A program made the translations under genes and the position numbers. The notes beneath the pieces were generated by a model. It saw only the letters and a program-made list of their open reading frames with translations, had not been told where the DNA came from and did no database searches. Shown one piece after another: positions 50,615 through 64,000 of a stretch of DNA of 64,000 bases (within the stretch, counting starts at the first letter, position 1; every line of letters begins with the position of its first letter). This stretch comes from an uncultured Methanoregulaceae archaeon (GTDB lineage: Archaea > Halobacteriota > Methanomicrobia > Methanomicrobiales > Methanospirillaceae). The stretch is taken from NCBI GenBank assembly GCA_963705255.1, contig OY970061.1, forward strand, positions 1,856,001 through 1,920,000, given 5' to 3'.

Positions 50615-51108
50615 TCCGCCTCAGCCCCGGTTTTCCCCGGATACGAAGACCCGATCGCATTGATGATATCCTCCCGCGTTATTATCCCGACAATTTTTTT
50701 TGCGCGGATGACCGGGAGCCGCGCTATCCCTTCTTTGAGCATGAGGGCAGCGGCAGCCTCGACGTCCATATCCTCCGATGCAGTCACCACCCGGTGCGTC
50801 ATCACTTTTTTTACCGGCATATCCCCGATGTTCCGCAGTGCGTGTTTGGTCTTCTCCCAGTTGATATATTCGCGGATAGGGACTTCTATGATCTCAAACG
50901 GCGAAGGCAGCCAGAGGTCATCGGAAATTCTTTCCGTTTCGAGGAGCGCGATGAGATCGGACTCGGTTATGATGCCGACGAGCTCCGTCCCGTCCGTCAC
51001 GGGCAATCCCCCGATGTGATGTTTCCGGAAAAGCGCCACCACTTCGCGGAGAGAGGTCTCAGCTGAACAAACAATCGCCTCTTTTGTCATTGCATCCTTT
51101 ACCAGCAT
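50611..51108 (-). CDS. CBS-domain protein
   Basis: Two CBS repeats (GLPV..VGIITESD; RLPV..VGIITRED). Confidence 0.9.
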   Translation of the reverse strand: MLVKDAMTKEAIVCSAETSLREVVALFRKHHIGGLPVTDGTELVGIITESDLIALLETERISDDLWLPSPFEIIEVPIREYINWEKTKHALRNIGDMPVKKVMTHRVVTASEDMDVEAAAALMLKEGIARLPVIRAKKIVGIITREDIINAIGSSYPGKTGAEAE

Positions 51109-51117
51109 GATATCCTC

Positions 51118-52104
51118 CTAGGGAAGCATCCCCGCACTGACGAGGCCGTCCCGTTCCGGGTATCCGCACATCAGGTTCATATTCTGGATGGCCTGCCCGC
51201 TTGCACCCTTCACGAGGTTGTCGATTGCGGATATGGCAACGACCCGCAATCCCTCGCTCTCCACCATGACATCGCAGAAATTACTGCCGCGGACGGCTGC
51301 AAGCACAGGTTTCTGAAGGCGGACAAAGAATTCGTCCCTGTAGAAGTCCTGGTACATCTTTTCCACTTTTTTCTGCTCAAGGGGTTCGTTGAGCAGAATG
51401 TGTGCGGTTGTCAGGATACCACGGTTGACCGGGACAAGATGGGGGGTGAAGTAGCACCTCGCTGCCGAGCCCAGGTACGCAAGCTCCTGCTTCATCTCCG
51501 CCAGGTGCCGATGGGCGGTCCATTTGTAGGGGCCGACATTGTCCCCGACATTCGGGTAATGGGTCGTCGCCGAGGGGTTGTCTCCCGCTCCGCTCACGCC
51601 GGTCTTGGAATCGAAGATCACCGTGTGGGCATATTTTGCGAGGGGGGCTGCCGCAAGGGTAGCCCCGGTCGGGAAACAGCCGGGGTTTGCAACGAATTTT
51701 GCATTCGTGCATTCTCCGCGGTGGATCTCGGGAATGCCGTACGGAGCACAGAAGTAATCCGTATGCCTGACGCCGTACACCTCCTCATAGACTTCCTTTG
51801 GCAGGCGGTAATCGGCACTCAGGTCCACGACCCTGATGCCACGCGAGAGGAGTTTGCCGGCATGAATCATTGCCGCAGTATGGGGCACAGCCAGAAAGGC
51901 AAGATCCACATCAATGGCATCAATTTCCGGGTTCTCGAATTTGAGATCCGTAAACCCTTTCAGGTGGGGGTGGATCTGGTCAAGGGGGGTTCCCGCAAGT
52001 TTGCGTGAAGTGGCGCACACGACTTCTGCAGCGGAGTGATGAACAAGCAGGCGGACCAGTTCACCACCGGCATAGCCGGAGGCCCCGATAATCGCGATTT
52101 TCAT
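51118..52104 (-). CDS. argC: N-acetyl-gamma-glutamyl-phosphate reductase
   Basis: [41 protein letters not shown]. Confidence 0.96.
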   Translation of the reverse strand: MKIAIIGASGYAGGELVRLLVHHSAAEVVCATSRKLAGTPLDQIHPHLKGFTDLKFENPEIDAIDVDLAFLAVPHTAAMIHAGKLLSRGIRVVDLSADYRLPKEVYEEVYGVRHTDYFCAPYGIPEIHRGECTNAKFVANPGCFPTGATLAAAPLAKYAHTVIFDSKTGVSGAGDNPSATTHYPNVGDNVGPYKWTAHRHLAEMKQELAYLGSAARCYFTPHLVPVNRGILTTAHILLNEPLEQKKVEKMYQDFYRDEFFVRLQKPVLAAVRGSNFCDVMVESEGLRVVAISAIDNLVKGASGQAIQNMNLMCGYPERDGLVSAGMLP

Positions 52105-52191
52105 ACAAGAGTATCCGAGTGTAAAAATTTAATGCTTTTTAAGACGGCTGTTTTAATCCGACCTGTTATTCCCGATATTTGATGAACCGGC

Positions 52192-53106
52192 TCACGGTTG
52201 TTCAAGTTTACGCGTATAAAGGCTGTAGAGCCGCGATCCGAGCAGTTCTATCCTCTGCCGGTCCTCGAGACCGTCCAGCAGATCTGCGGGAAGCGCGTTC
52301 ATGCCTCTGGCTGCCCCGAGGTACGCCCCGCACAGGAGCGCTATAGTATCCGTATTTCCCCCGGTATTGGCGGCAACGGTGAGGAGATCGGGGGGATGCG
52401 GGTAACGGCTGATCAGGAAAAATGCGATTGGAAGGGTCTGGAAGACCGAGACATCATTGCCGATCTTGAGTAGAGCGGTTTCGGTATCCATCCCGTCTTC
52501 TTCGAGGACCAGGGCGTTCCGGATTTTCCCGCCGAGCACTTCGTCCTCGACCTGTGCTTTCTCAAGGGCTTTTTCCACAGGTTTCGGGGTATCATGAAGT
52601 GAATGGTAGAGAAGCGTTACCAGGGTTGAAACCGCCGCATGTGCTGCCGGGTGAGTGTGGGTCACGTTGCATGCCCTGACGGCGCGTTCACATCCTTCAT
52701 TCATGTCGGGGAATGTCAGTGCGAACGGGACAGCTACGGGAAGGCAGCCCGATGTCGTGGATTTGACCCCTTTCTGGGGGATATTGTCAATTACCGGGTG
52801 TTCCAAGACTGCGGATACGGAACCATCAGGAAAACGAAGTGCCCCCCGGGCATACAGTTCACGGAGTGCCGCAGCATAGCGTTCTTCGTTGTACTTGCCG
52901 TCTGCAAGGAGTGTCCCGACGAGAACCATCATCTGGGTATCATCAGTATACTGGCCGGGATTCAGTCTCTCGTTGGGATGTCCTTTGTACAGGCGCCGGT
53001 ACCCGTACTTCATCTTGTTCAGGTTGGGAGAAGTACTCTCATTGGGCATGCCGAGCGCATCGCCGACTGCCGCACCGAGCAGGCACCCCTTGAACTTATC
53101 AAGCAT
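52192..53106 (-). CDS. ADP-ribosylglycohydrolase family protein
   Basis: GAAVGDALG, YTDDTQM, VTH, GGNTDTIA. Confidence 0.88.
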   Translation of the reverse strand: MLDKFKGCLLGAAVGDALGMPNESTSPNLNKMKYGYRRLYKGHPNERLNPGQYTDDTQMMVLVGTLLADGKYNEERYAAALRELYARGALRFPDGSVSAVLEHPVIDNIPQKGVKSTTSGCLPVAVPFALTFPDMNEGCERAVRACNVTHTHPAAHAAVSTLVTLLYHSLHDTPKPVEKALEKAQVEDEVLGGKIRNALVLEEDGMDTETALLKIGNDVSVFQTLPIAFFLISRYPHPPDLLTVAANTGGNTDTIALLCGAYLGAARGMNALPADLLDGLEDRQRIELLGSRLYSLYTRKLEQP

Positions 53107-53339
53107 TGATCTTATATTGAAAAACCCGGATAGATAACCCTTTTTATATCCTTCGTGTATTCAGGGGTGTTCATTAATAAGAAATATTTAGAAATTTTTT
53201 TCATTCCGGCGGGCGATCCCTTCATTTGCTTCCTGACTGTCTTACTGAGGGTAGTTCTTCACATTTCCTGTCGAATTGCTTTTCGACAAATTATATATAC
53301 CATGTTCAACATGATTAATAATGTAAAATAGGTGGGTTC

Positions 53340-55234
53340 ATGACAGGAGATTTCGATGTCAAACTCGTCGAGGAGGCGAAATATTTCACTCCCGACCCAC
53401 AGTACAGGAAAAATGCATGGACGGGCGACTACCAGGAAACATACAACAAATTCCTGAAGGATCCGGATGCGTTCTGGAGTGGTATTGCCCGTGAGCTCGA
53501 GTGGATCCGCCCATGGGACTCGGTCAAGGAACTGGACTACCCGTATGCGAAGTGGTTCACGAATGCAAAACTGAACATCTCGGCCAATTGTCTTGACCGC
53601 CATGTCAACAACGCACGGCGCAACAAGGTAGCCTTGATCTGGCGGGGGGAGGAGGGCAGGGAACGCATCTTCACGTATCAGAAGCTCCTTTCCCAGGTTG
53701 CCCGTTTTGCAAATGCGCTGAAGAATATAGGAGTGAAGAAGGGAGACCGGGTCTGTATTTACATGCCGCTTGTTCCCGAGCAGATCATCGCCATGCTTGC
53801 CTGTGCCCGGATCGGGTCGTCCACAGTGTGGTGTTCGGCGGATTTGGGGCAGCTGCCCTGAACATGCGGATCCAGGACGCTGAGGCTAAAGTTGTCATTA
53901 CTGCAGACGTAGCCATTCGGCGCGGGAAAGCGATCCAGCTCAAAGCAATCGTCGATGAAGCAATCATCCATGCTCCTACGGTTGAACATGTCATCGTCCT
54001 CAGGAGGAGGGACCCTCCCGTAGACCTCCATCCCAAACGTGAGCTGGATTTCCACGAGATGATGGAAGGTGTGTCCGATGAGTGCCCCCCCGAAGTCATG
54101 GACGCGGAGGATCCGTTCTTCATCCTCTATACCAGCGGTTCCACAGGCAAGCCGAAGGGCATTGTCCATACCTGCGGCGGGTATATGGTCGGCACGTATT
54201 ACACGAGCAAATACGTCATGGACATCAAGGACAACGATATTTACTGGTGTACGGCAGATCCCGGCTGGATTACCGGACACAGTTATATCATCTACGGCCC
54301 GCTGGCCGTCGGAGCGACGGTATTTATCACCGAGCTCACACCGGATTACCCGGACGCCGGCAGCTGGTGGAATCTTATCGAAGAGCAGAAGATCACCATA
54401 TTCTACACGGCGCCTACTGCCATCCGAATGTTCATGAAACTCGGGGAGACCTGGCCCAACAAGTACAGCCTGAAATCACTCCGCATCATCGGTTCCGTCG
54501 GCGAGCCCCTGAACCCGGAAGCATTCGAATGGTATTATCACGTGATCGGGAAGGACCGCTGCCCCATCCTTGATACCTGGTGGCAGACCGAGACCGGGAT
54601 GCAGATGATCACCACCATGATCGGCGAACCGATGCGCCCCGGCTTTGCAGGGAAAGCTATCCCCGGCGTTATTGCAGATGTTGTAGACAAAGACGGAAAA
54701 TCCGTAAAACCCGGTACCGGGGGGTTCCTCATCATCAGATCGCCGTGGCCTGCAATGCTGCGCACAGTCTACAAGGATGATGAACGATACCGCAAGTACT
54801 GGACCACGATAAAAGACGTCTATGCAGTGGGGGATCTTGCCGTCAAGGGAAAGGACGGGTATATCATGATTCTCGGGCGGGCTGACGATATCATCATCGT
54901 TGCCGGCCACAACATCGGCACCGCCGAGGTCGAGAGTGCGCTCGTCTCCCACCACGCAGTTGCAGAAGCTGCTGTTATCGGCAAACCGGACCCGCTGAAA
55001 GGCAACTCCATCAAGGCATTTGTCATTCTCCGGGTCGGGTACCAGCCAAGTGATATGCTCATGCAGGACCTGTTCCATCATGTGCGTACTACCCTGGGCC
55101 CGATTGCCGTACCCCATGAACTCGAATTTGTCGAGAAACTTCCCAAGACCCGGAGCGGGAAGATCATGCGGCGTGTCCTGAAAGCAAAGGAGATGGGTAT
55201 CGACCCGGGCGATATCTCTACCCTGGAAGAATGA
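53340..55234 (+). CDS. acs: AMP-forming acetyl-CoA synthetase (frameshift ~53815)
   Basis: NCLDRH, MLACARIG..HSVVFGGF, YTSGSTGKPKG, DTWWQTETG, PKTRSGKIMRR. Halves join on adding one G. Confidence 0.95.
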
Positions 55235-55290
55235 GGAGTCCGGTTTCGGAAACCTGAACAGGAACGAAAAAATCTGAAGGAATGGTAAAA

Positions 55291-55893
55291 ATGAGTTCGG
55301 AAAAGATGGAAACTATGGTAACAACCCGCGATTTGACCGGCAACCCGGCACCGCTCGGGTTGATGGGCTTTGGAATGACGACTGTCCTGCTGAACCTCCA
55401 GAATGCGGGATTATTTACTCTGGGGAGTATGATCCTCGCAATGGGAATTTTTTATGGAGGAATTGCACAACTCATCGCCGGGTCGATGGAATGGAAGAAG
55501 GGGAACACCTTTGCAACGACGGCGTTTTGCTCCTATGGCCTGTTCTGGCTCTCTCTCGTGGCGCTCATCATGATCCCTTCAATGGGACTCGGAGAGAAGA
55601 CCCCGCCCGCAGCAATGGCAGCTTACCTTGCAATGTGGGGATTGTTCACCGCGGTGATGTTCATCGGGACGCTCCGGTTCAACCGGGCAATGCAGCTCGT
55701 CTTTGCAACGCTCGCGATCCTCTTCTTCCTCCTTGCTCTCGGGGAGCTTACGGGGAATTCGGCAATCACGCAGATTGCCGGGGGGGTAGGGATCCTGTGC
55801 GGGTTCTCTGCGATCTACACCGCCCTTGCCCAGGTGGTCAATGAGACGTACGGGAAAGGATCGATGATCGTTCCGCTGTGGCCGGTGAAGTAA
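55291..55893 (+). CDS. satP: acetate uptake transporter (SatP/GPR1/FUN34/YaaH)
   Basis: [27 protein letters not shown]; next to acs. Start uncertain. Confidence 0.92.
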   Translation: MSSEKMETMVTTRDLTGNPAPLGLMGFGMTTVLLNLQNAGLFTLGSMILAMGIFYGGIAQLIAGSMEWKKGNTFATTAFCSYGLFWLSLVALIMIPSMGLGEKTPPAAMAAYLAMWGLFTAVMFIGTLRFNRAMQLVFATLAILFFLLALGELTGNSAITQIAGGVGILCGFSAIYTALAQVVNETYGKGSMIVPLWPVK

Positions 55894-56126
55894 CCACCGG
55901 ATATTAATTCTCCTCTTTTATCCGTCCTGGTTCGGACGGGTAATGATCCATTCTTACCGTCGTGATTTTCAGATCCGCAACAACAAGGTCACAACATCCG
56001 CCCCGGCGAACATCACTTTTGTTCGTTCCGGATCATTCCCGCAGGATCTGTGAACGAATGAAGAAAAAATGAAAATTCCCTCATGACAAGAGAGCATTCA
56101 CCGGAGTATTTCTGGAATGTAGCTTG

Positions 56127-57236
56127 TTATCGCCGGGGAAACCGGTGGATTTTCTTCCGCTGGGCAATCCGGTAACCGGATATCACCTGGATGCTCCCGC
56201 CAAATGTTTCGTTCAGCGCAGGATCCCCGGTATCGATATAGAGCAGCGGTGTTTCCCGCAGTTTGTGCGGTGTGGCAGCAAGAATGATATTGTGTATTCC
56301 CACGCGCCGGATAACGTCTGCACTCAGCTGCTGGTTCCCCCGCCCGAAGACGAACCCCTGTGCACCAATGGGGCTGACGATGATCCGCACGTCTCTTTCC
56401 TTTTCAATCAGGCCAAGGAGCGTTCTTTCATCTGCATCTTCTGCGACCAGCCGCCCGTTTTTTATCGCATCCACGCCGAGCAGGGTTTTTTTCACGCCGA
56501 TCTTCCCGGCAATGGCTTCGGTCGTCGTGCCCGCACCCAGGATATACAGCGTTTCCGGGTGCATGATCTCAACGATGAACCTGGCGATCTCCTCTTTTGC
56601 CCGTTCCTCGTCCGCCTCCTCAAAGACCTGCTTTGAGACCTGCACCTTTCCGGGAATGGCCGGGACGCGGGCGATACCATACAGGCGCGTCCTGAACTCG
56701 CCGGCCCGGTAGGCCTCCTCGTCGACGTCCAGCAGTTCGGCATCCCGAAGGACACCCGGATTTTCCCCGGCAACGATCTCGGCCACGATCGCCGGATCAA
56801 CAGCAAATACCCCGGAATACATCTTGACACCGGCCGGTATACCGAGAACTGGGACATTCCTGCCAACGGCATCAAAGACGTCCCGTGCTGTTCCGTCACC
56901 CCCGCAGAAGAGGATCAGGTCAACACCCTCCCCAAGGAAGACCCTGGCTGCACGTTTCGTGTCTTCTGCCGTACTCTTACCATGCGCATGATAGTGGACG
57001 ACATAGTTTTGCATGCCGGTTTTCTTAAGAACATCCTCTCCCATGCTGCCTGAACAGGTGAAAAAGAGCAGCCCGGTCTTCTGTTTCAGATTCCCGAGGG
57101 TTATCCCGGCACGATCAACCGCATGCGGTTCCGCCCCGCGCCGTATCGCCTCGGCAAGTACGCCATCCGTCCCTTTCAGCCCCACCGATCCCCCCATGCC
57201 TGCTATAGGATTGACGATAAAACCGATCCGGTACAT
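56127..57236 (-). CDS. ATP-NAD/AcoX kinase family protein
   Basis: NPIAGMGG.VGLKGTD, GGDGTARD, GIPAGVKM, GRGNQQ. Confidence 0.88.
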   Translation of the reverse strand: MYRIGFIVNPIAGMGGSVGLKGTDGVLAEAIRRGAEPHAVDRAGITLGNLKQKTGLLFFTCSGSMGEDVLKKTGMQNYVVHYHAHGKSTAEDTKRAARVFLGEGVDLILFCGGDGTARDVFDAVGRNVPVLGIPAGVKMYSGVFAVDPAIVAEIVAGENPGVLRDAELLDVDEEAYRAGEFRTRLYGIARVPAIPGKVQVSKQVFEEADEERAKEEIARFIVEIMHPETLYILGAGTTTEAIAGKIGVKKTLLGVDAIKNGRLVAEDADERTLLGLIEKERDVRIIVSPIGAQGFVFGRGNQQLSADVIRRVGIHNIILAATPHKLRETPLLYIDTGDPALNETFGGSIQVISGYRIAQRKKIHRFPRR

Positions 57237-57247
57237 AAAAAGAGATT

Positions 57248-58607
57248 TCAGGAGATTTTGGGTATCCGGGCAATTGATTCACGGATCAGTTCGTCAGGAT
57301 ATTCGTAATCAACCAGAGTGCCGGCATAAAATGCGTCATAGGCCGACATATCGAAGTTACCGTGCCCGGAACAGTTGAAGAGAATTGTCTTTGCTTCTCC
57401 GCTCGATTTGCATTTGAGCGCCTCATCGATGGTTGCTTTCACTGCATGGGACGTTTCGGGAGCGACGATGATCCCTTCCGTGCGGGCAAACGTCTGGGCT
57501 GCATCGAATACTTCGCTCTGGTGATAGGCAACCGCCCGCATGACACCGTCATGGACGAGCCGGGACACAATCGGCGAATCCCCGTGATACCTCAGCCCCC
57601 CTGCATGGATGGATGGCGGGACAAAATCATGGCCGAGCGTGAACATCTTGAGCAGCGGGGTCAGGCCGGCCACGTCTCCGAAGTCATACGTGAAGAGACC
57701 CTTGGTCAGGGTGGGACAGGATGCCGGTTCAACTCCGAGGAGATCCACATCCTTGTGTTTCCCGGTAAGTTTGTCACCGGCAAACGGGAACGAGATCCCC
57801 GCAAAGTTCGACCCGCCACCAACACAGCCGATAACAACATCCGGATAATCATCCACCATCGCCAGCTGTTCCCGGCATTCGAGTCCGATCACGGTCTGGT
57901 GGAGGCAGACGTGGTTCAGGACCGAGCCAAGAGCATAATTCGTGTTGCTGTGAGTTGCTGCATCCTCGACGGCTTCGGATATTGCGATGCCAAGACTCCC
58001 CGGCGTCTCCGGGTCCTTTTCGAGCACCGCCCGCCCGGAATTTGTCTTGGTGCTGGGACTGGGGATACACTCGGCACCCCAGACGTGCATCATCGACTTG
58101 CGGTAAGGCTTCTGCGTATAACTCGAACGGACCATGTAGATGGTGCATTCGAGCTCGTAGAGCATCGTCGCGAAGGCGAGGGCCGAACCCCACTGCCCGG
58201 CCCCGGTCTCGGTCGCTATCCGCTCTATCCCGGCTTTCATATTGTAATACGCCTGAGGGACGGCGGTGTTGGGTTTATGGCTGCCGGCCGGGCTCACGCC
58301 TTCCCACTTGTAATAGATCTTTGCCGGGGTCTTGAGGAATTTTTCGAGCCGGTGGGCACGGTACAGGGGACTGCGGCCTCCAGAGACGGAGAATATCCCG
58401 CACGTCCTCGGGGATATCGACATAACGGTCCGTGGTCACTTCCTGCCGGATCAGCTCCATCGGGAAAATAGCGGACAGGTCCGCAGGACCGACCGGTTTC
58501 TGGGTCGCGGGATGAAGGGGCGGGTCGAGAGGGGATGGCAGGTCCGCCTGGACATTATACCATTTTTTTGGTATCTGCTCCTCATCGAGGAGGATTTTTG
58601 TCTGCAT
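57248..58607 (-). CDS. trpB2: TrpB2 tryptophan synthase beta-like protein (frameshift ~58375)
   Basis: [48 protein letters not shown]. Confidence 0.93.
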
Positions 58608-58839
58608 AAATGTTCTTTGACTTGTATAAATATATACATTATGGTACAGTATTGTTTATTTGTGTATCCAATTAGACATTTTTTTGGCGGTTCGCAGGAA
58701 TTGTCACCAGCGATTTGAATGGAAAGTTTTCAGGGTCGGGCTATGCTCAGGCATGAATACCCCTCTCTTTTTTGTCTGCTCCTCGGCTTCATGGAGGGAA
58801 ATCAGAAATCTATAACCGGTACCACGGACACTCAATGGT

Positions 58840-59715
58840 ATGAGTCCTGACCCCATACCACTCTGCGATGATGCCGACTGGAACGAGATCTGGAAGGCCC
58901 GGCAGAAGCGACACGAGTCCTCGCATTCCTTCAACGACCCTTCGCACAACTGGAACAGGAAGGAGAACGCGGAGCGCTACGATGCCAATTCCCGGAGCCG
59001 GTACGATGAGCGGGTGAAGTTTACCATCGAAGGCCTCGACATAGACAGGAACTCCCGGGTGCTGGATATCGGCTCCGGGCCGGGCACGCTCGCCATCCCT
59101 CTCTCGCCGCTCGTGAAAGAGATAACGGCGGTCGAACCGGGCGGGGGGATGATCGCGATCCTCAACGAGCGGGTCCGGGAAAGGGGGATCACCAACATAT
59201 TATGCGTCCGGAAGCGTTGGGAGGATGTCGACCTCTCCCGGGATCTCGGCGGGCAGTACGATGTGGTCATCGCATCCCTCTCCCTCACCATGCACGACAT
59301 ACGGGCAGCACTGAAAAAGATGGACGATGCCTCCCGGAAGTATGTGTACCTCTACTGGTTCGTTGACTCTCCGTTCTGGGAGAAGATGTACGGCGACCTC
59401 TGGGAGCCGCTCCACGGAAGTCCCTACTATCCCGGGCCGAAGACCGACTGCCTCTTCAACGTGCTGTACCAGATGGGCATCTATGCGAACGTGGAGATAC
59501 TGCCGCTCGACAAAGAGTACCGGTTCACGTCCAGGGAGGAGATGGTCGCATTCTTCCGGAGGCGTTTCAATGCCCAATCACCGGAACAGCAGAAGACCGT
59601 GGCAGATTATCTCACACCGCTGATCCAGCAGGACGGCCCGGATTTTGTCCTATCGGGCGACTCCACTTTTGCAAAGATCTGGTGGAAGAAAAAAGGAGGT
59701 GATGAAAGGGGTTAA
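58840..59715 (+). CDS. class I SAM-dependent methyltransferase
   Basis: VLDIGSGPGTLAIPL, AVEP, YDVVIAS. Confidence 0.88.
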   Translation: MSPDPIPLCDDADWNEIWKARQKRHESSHSFNDPSHNWNRKENAERYDANSRSRYDERVKFTIEGLDIDRNSRVLDIGSGPGTLAIPLSPLVKEITAVEPGGGMIAILNERVRERGITNILCVRKRWEDVDLSRDLGGQYDVVIASLSLTMHDIRAALKKMDDASRKYVYLYWFVDSPFWEKMYGDLWEPLHGSPYYPGPKTDCLFNVLYQMGIYANVEILPLDKEYRFTSREEMVAFFRRRFNAQSPEQQKTVADYLTPLIQQDGPDFVLSGDSTFAKIWWKKKGGDERG

Positions 59716-59734
59716 GGAGTATTTTTAACCGGAA

Positions 59735-60868
59735 TCAGCCCAGTCCCCGAATCCTTTTCACGGCTTCTTCGAGTTTTTCCATCGATGCCGCGTAGGAGAG
59801 CCGGAGCCATCCCGGGGCATCGAATGCACTGCCGGGGGTCACCGCGACATGGGCCTCCTCAAGCCAGCGGTTCGCAATTTCCATATCATCGCCGGTCACT
59901 TTGACGAAGGCGTAGAACGCCCCGTCTGCAGGAGCGGTCTCGTATCCCATGGCGGTCAGCTCGGCAATGATGTATTTTCTGCGCCGGTCAAATTCCCGCC
60001 GCATCTCTTCGACGCAGCGCTGGTCACCGTTGAGGGCCGCAACTGCCCCCCACATCGCGAACGTGGCAGCCTGGCTGACCGTGTGCTGCTGGACTTTTGA
60101 CATCTGGCGGATGATCTCGGCCGGGGCTACCGCGTAGCCGAGCCGCCAGCCGGTCATCGCGTACGACTTCGAGAACCCGTTGATGGTGATTGTGCGCTCC
60201 GCCATGTTGCCAAGTGAAGCGAGCGAGATGTGTTCCTTTCCGTACACCAGAGTCTCGTAGATCTCATCGGACATCGCGTAGATATCGTTGTCCTGGCACA
60301 GGTCCGCCATAAGGTTCATCGAATTTTTATCAAAAACCGCACCTGACGGGTTTGAGGGCGAGTTGACCACGATCATCTTGGTCTTCGAAGTGACCCGCTC
60401 GAGGATCGAGTCGTCGAGCTGGAAGGTTTTCCGGTTGACGGCGTGTTTGACGACGTTTCCGCCGGCGATCTGCACGCAGGGCTCGTAGGAGACCCACGCA
60501 GGGGTCAGGAGGATCGTCTCGTCACCCGGGTTCAGGACTGCCTCCATCGCCTCGTAGATCGCATCCTTCGCGCCGCAGGCGACGATGACCTGTTGCGGGG
60601 TGCAGGGGAAATGGTTGTCGCGCTCGATCTTCTCGCTGATGGCGCTCAAAAGTTCCGGGATCCCGTTGCTCGGGGCGTAATGGGTCTCGCCCCGGTTCAG
60701 CGCATCGATGCAGGCGTCCGTGATATGCCGGGGTGTGTCGAAATCCGGCTCACCGATCGAGAGGCTGATGACATCGATCCCTTCCCGTACCATCTTCTTG
60801 GCCTTGTCGGAAATCGCAATCGTTGCGGAAGGGGCAACGGCCGCGATCTTCTCCGAGAGCCGCTTCAT
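59735..60868 (-). CDS. aspC: aspartate aminotransferase (class I/II PLP)
   Basis: [33 protein letters not shown]. Confidence 0.92.
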   Translation of the reverse strand: MKRLSEKIAAVAPSATIAISDKAKKMVREGIDVISLSIGEPDFDTPRHITDACIDALNRGETHYAPSNGIPELLSAISEKIERDNHFPCTPQQVIVACGAKDAIYEAMEAVLNPGDETILLTPAWVSYEPCVQIAGGNVVKHAVNRKTFQLDDSILERVTSKTKMIVVNSPSNPSGAVFDKNSMNLMADLCQDNDIYAMSDEIYETLVYGKEHISLASLGNMAERTITINGFSKSYAMTGWRLGYAVAPAEIIRQMSKVQQHTVSQAATFAMWGAVAALNGDQRCVEEMRREFDRRRKYIIAELTAMGYETAPADGAFYAFVKVTGDDMEIANRWLEEAHVAVTPGSAFDAPGWLRLSYAASMEKLEEAVKRIRGLG

Positions 60869-61284
60869 TTCAATCGTTTGACAAGCTTGATGGCAGATTC
60901 GACGGCCCGCTTTGCGTAGTCGATCCGCTCGTTTGCTTCCAAGCGGGTCATCCCCGGCCCGGAGATGCCCAGCGTGACCGGCTTCCCGAACTCAAGCGAG
61001 AGGTCGATGATCTTCCGAGCCGCGTGCTGGACAACAATCTCGTCGTGCTGTGTCGAACCCTCGATCACGCAGCCGATGGTCACCACGGCATCGACTTTGC
61101 CGGCAGCGAGCATCTTCTTGATCGCGAGCGGCATGTCGTAGGCACCCGGGACGTACAGGCATTCGGTCACTTCTGCCCCGAGAAATGCTGCGTGTTCACG
61201 GCCTTCTATCTCCATCATGTAGGTGATGTCGCGGTTGAACTCCGCGACAACGAATCCCAGTTTTATCGGGTCTGTCTCGCACAT
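60865..61284 (-). CDS. ribH: 6,7-dimethyl-8-ribityllumazine synthase
   Basis: [29 protein letters not shown]. Confidence 0.95.
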   Translation of the reverse strand: MCETDPIKLGFVVAEFNRDITYMMEIEGREHAAFLGAEVTECLYVPGAYDMPLAIKKMLAAGKVDAVVTIGCVIEGSTQHDEIVVQHAARKIIDLSLEFGKPVTLGISGPGMTRLEANERIDYAKRAVESAIKLVKRLK

Positions 61285-61335
61285 ATCAGATCAACTCTTG
61301 TGAATGGTTCCTCATAAATCCGTACGCTCAATCGG

Positions 61336-62924
<1,589 letters not shown>

Positions 62925-62979
62925 GTGGATCTGCTCATAGTATATTTATATAGACAGGATATAAGTTTGGATGGCAGAC

Positions 62980-63366
62980 ATGGCAGACGTAGCAGTTATT
63001 TCAGGATCAGCATCTGATGCAGCCATTACGGACAAAGTAAAAAAAGTCCTCGACGAAAACAAGGTGACCCATGATGACCAGATAATCTCGGCCCACCGCG
63101 ATCCGGACAAACTGGACGCGTACGTCAAAAAGAGCGAGGCCAAGGTATTCATCGCAATCGCGGGGCTTTCCGCCGCACTCCCCGGTGTGATCGCGTCAAA
63201 GACGGATAAGCCGGTGATCGGTGTGCCGGTGAGCGGGACGCTCAACGGGCTCGACGCTCTCCTCGCAATTGCCCAGATGCCCAAGGGGGTCCCGGTCGCC
63301 TGCGTGGGTGTGGACAACGGGGACAACGCGGCATGGCTGGCGATCCGGATCCTGAAACTGACCTGA
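62980..63366 (+). CDS. purE: N5-CAIR mutase / AIR carboxylase
   Basis: [35 protein letters not shown]. Start 62971 or 62980. Confidence 0.95.
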   Translation: MADVAVISGSASDAAITDKVKKVLDENKVTHDDQIISAHRDPDKLDAYVKKSEAKVFIAIAGLSAALPGVIASKTDKPVIGVPVSGTLNGLDALLAIAQMPKGVPVACVGVDNGDNAAWLAIRILKLT

Positions 63367-63426
63367 TAGAAAGACTGATTTCCGGGGCATTACGCTCATC
63401 TTCCCGGACTACCAACCTTTTCTTCC

Positions 63427-64000
63427 ATGACCGTGGCGCAGGAAAAACGGGTCCTTCTGGTGGTTGCCTCGCTCGCATCATTCCTTGTTCCTTACACGGT
63501 CTCTTCCCTGAATGTCGCGCTGCCGGCGATCAGCGCATCGTTTGATATCGATGCCGTGACGCTGGGCTGGGTCACCTCCGCATACCTCCTCACCGCTGCC
63601 ATCTGCATCGTCCCGTTCGGGAAGCTTGCCGACCTGTACGGGAGGAAACGGTTTTTCATCCTGGGAAATGTCCTGTTTGCATCGGGGTCTTTACTTGCCG
63701 CGATCTCGTGGTCGGGCCCTGTTATCATCATTGCCCGGGTAATCCAGGCATTCGGGGGCGCGATGGTGTTCTCCACCTCGATTGCCATTGTTACATCGGT
63801 CTTCCCTCCCGGGGAGCGGGGGCGGGCCATCGGGATCATCACGGCAACCGTGTATGCCGGCCTCTCGCTCGGGCCGTTCATCGGCGGCGTCCTTACCTAC
63901 AACGTCGGCTGGCCCAGCATATTCCTGGTCAACATCCCCCTTGCGATCCTCGTCATTGTCCTCACCCTACTCTATATCCCCGGCGAGTGGGCAGAGACCG
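63427..64000 (+). CDS. MFS drug-efflux-type transporter (partial)
   Basis: Manual translation MTVAQEKRVLLVVASLASFL...LNVALPAI...WVTSAYLL...GKLADLYGRKR...ARVIQAFGGA; runs off window. Confidence 0.9.
   Translation, partial: MTVAQEKRVLLVVASLASFLVPYTVSSLNVALPAISASFDIDAVTLGWVTSAYLLTAAICIVPFGKLADLYGRKRFFILGNVLFASGSLLAAISWSGPVIIIARVIQAFGGAMVFSTSIAIVTSVFPPGERGRAIGIITATVYAGLSLGPFIGGVLTYNVGWPSIFLVNIPLAILVIVLTLLYIPGEWAET

Noticed and set aside
52192-53106. ADP-ribosylglycohydrolase as an antitoxin/defence component
   Set aside because: No ADP-ribosyltransferase nearby; it sits among housekeeping arg and acs genes with host-like GC.

Overview
Archaeal chromosomal segment, most consistent with a Methanomicrobiales methanogen (Methanoregula-like). 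Support: LonB, thermosome, Nob1, L37e/Lsm, SepF, TfrAB, archaeal riboflavin synthase, TrpB2 and an A1-U72 initiator tRNA. Most of the window is housekeeping: purine, Arg, Trp and riboflavin synthesis, acs-satP, a redox/oxidative-stress cluster, and two tRNAs. About a dozen genes, including normally essential ones, carry single-base frameshifts mostly in short homopolymers, which points to long-read consensus errors. The strongest candidate for a new system is an AT-rich three-gene operon at ~26.4-28.9 kb: Hanks-type Ser/Thr kinase + predicted (beta/alpha)8-barrel protein + small PD-(D/E)XK nuclease, with features of a kinase-gated defence module. Also notable: a covarying REP-like palindrome family with GNA-triloop DNA hairpins at 24.6 and 46.4-46.9 kb, iteron-like repeats beside the island, an A9 slippery junction that would fuse a thioredoxin to a Trx-CcdA protein, and a 38-aa tandem duplication in LonB. 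All assignments come from motif reading; no database searches were run.
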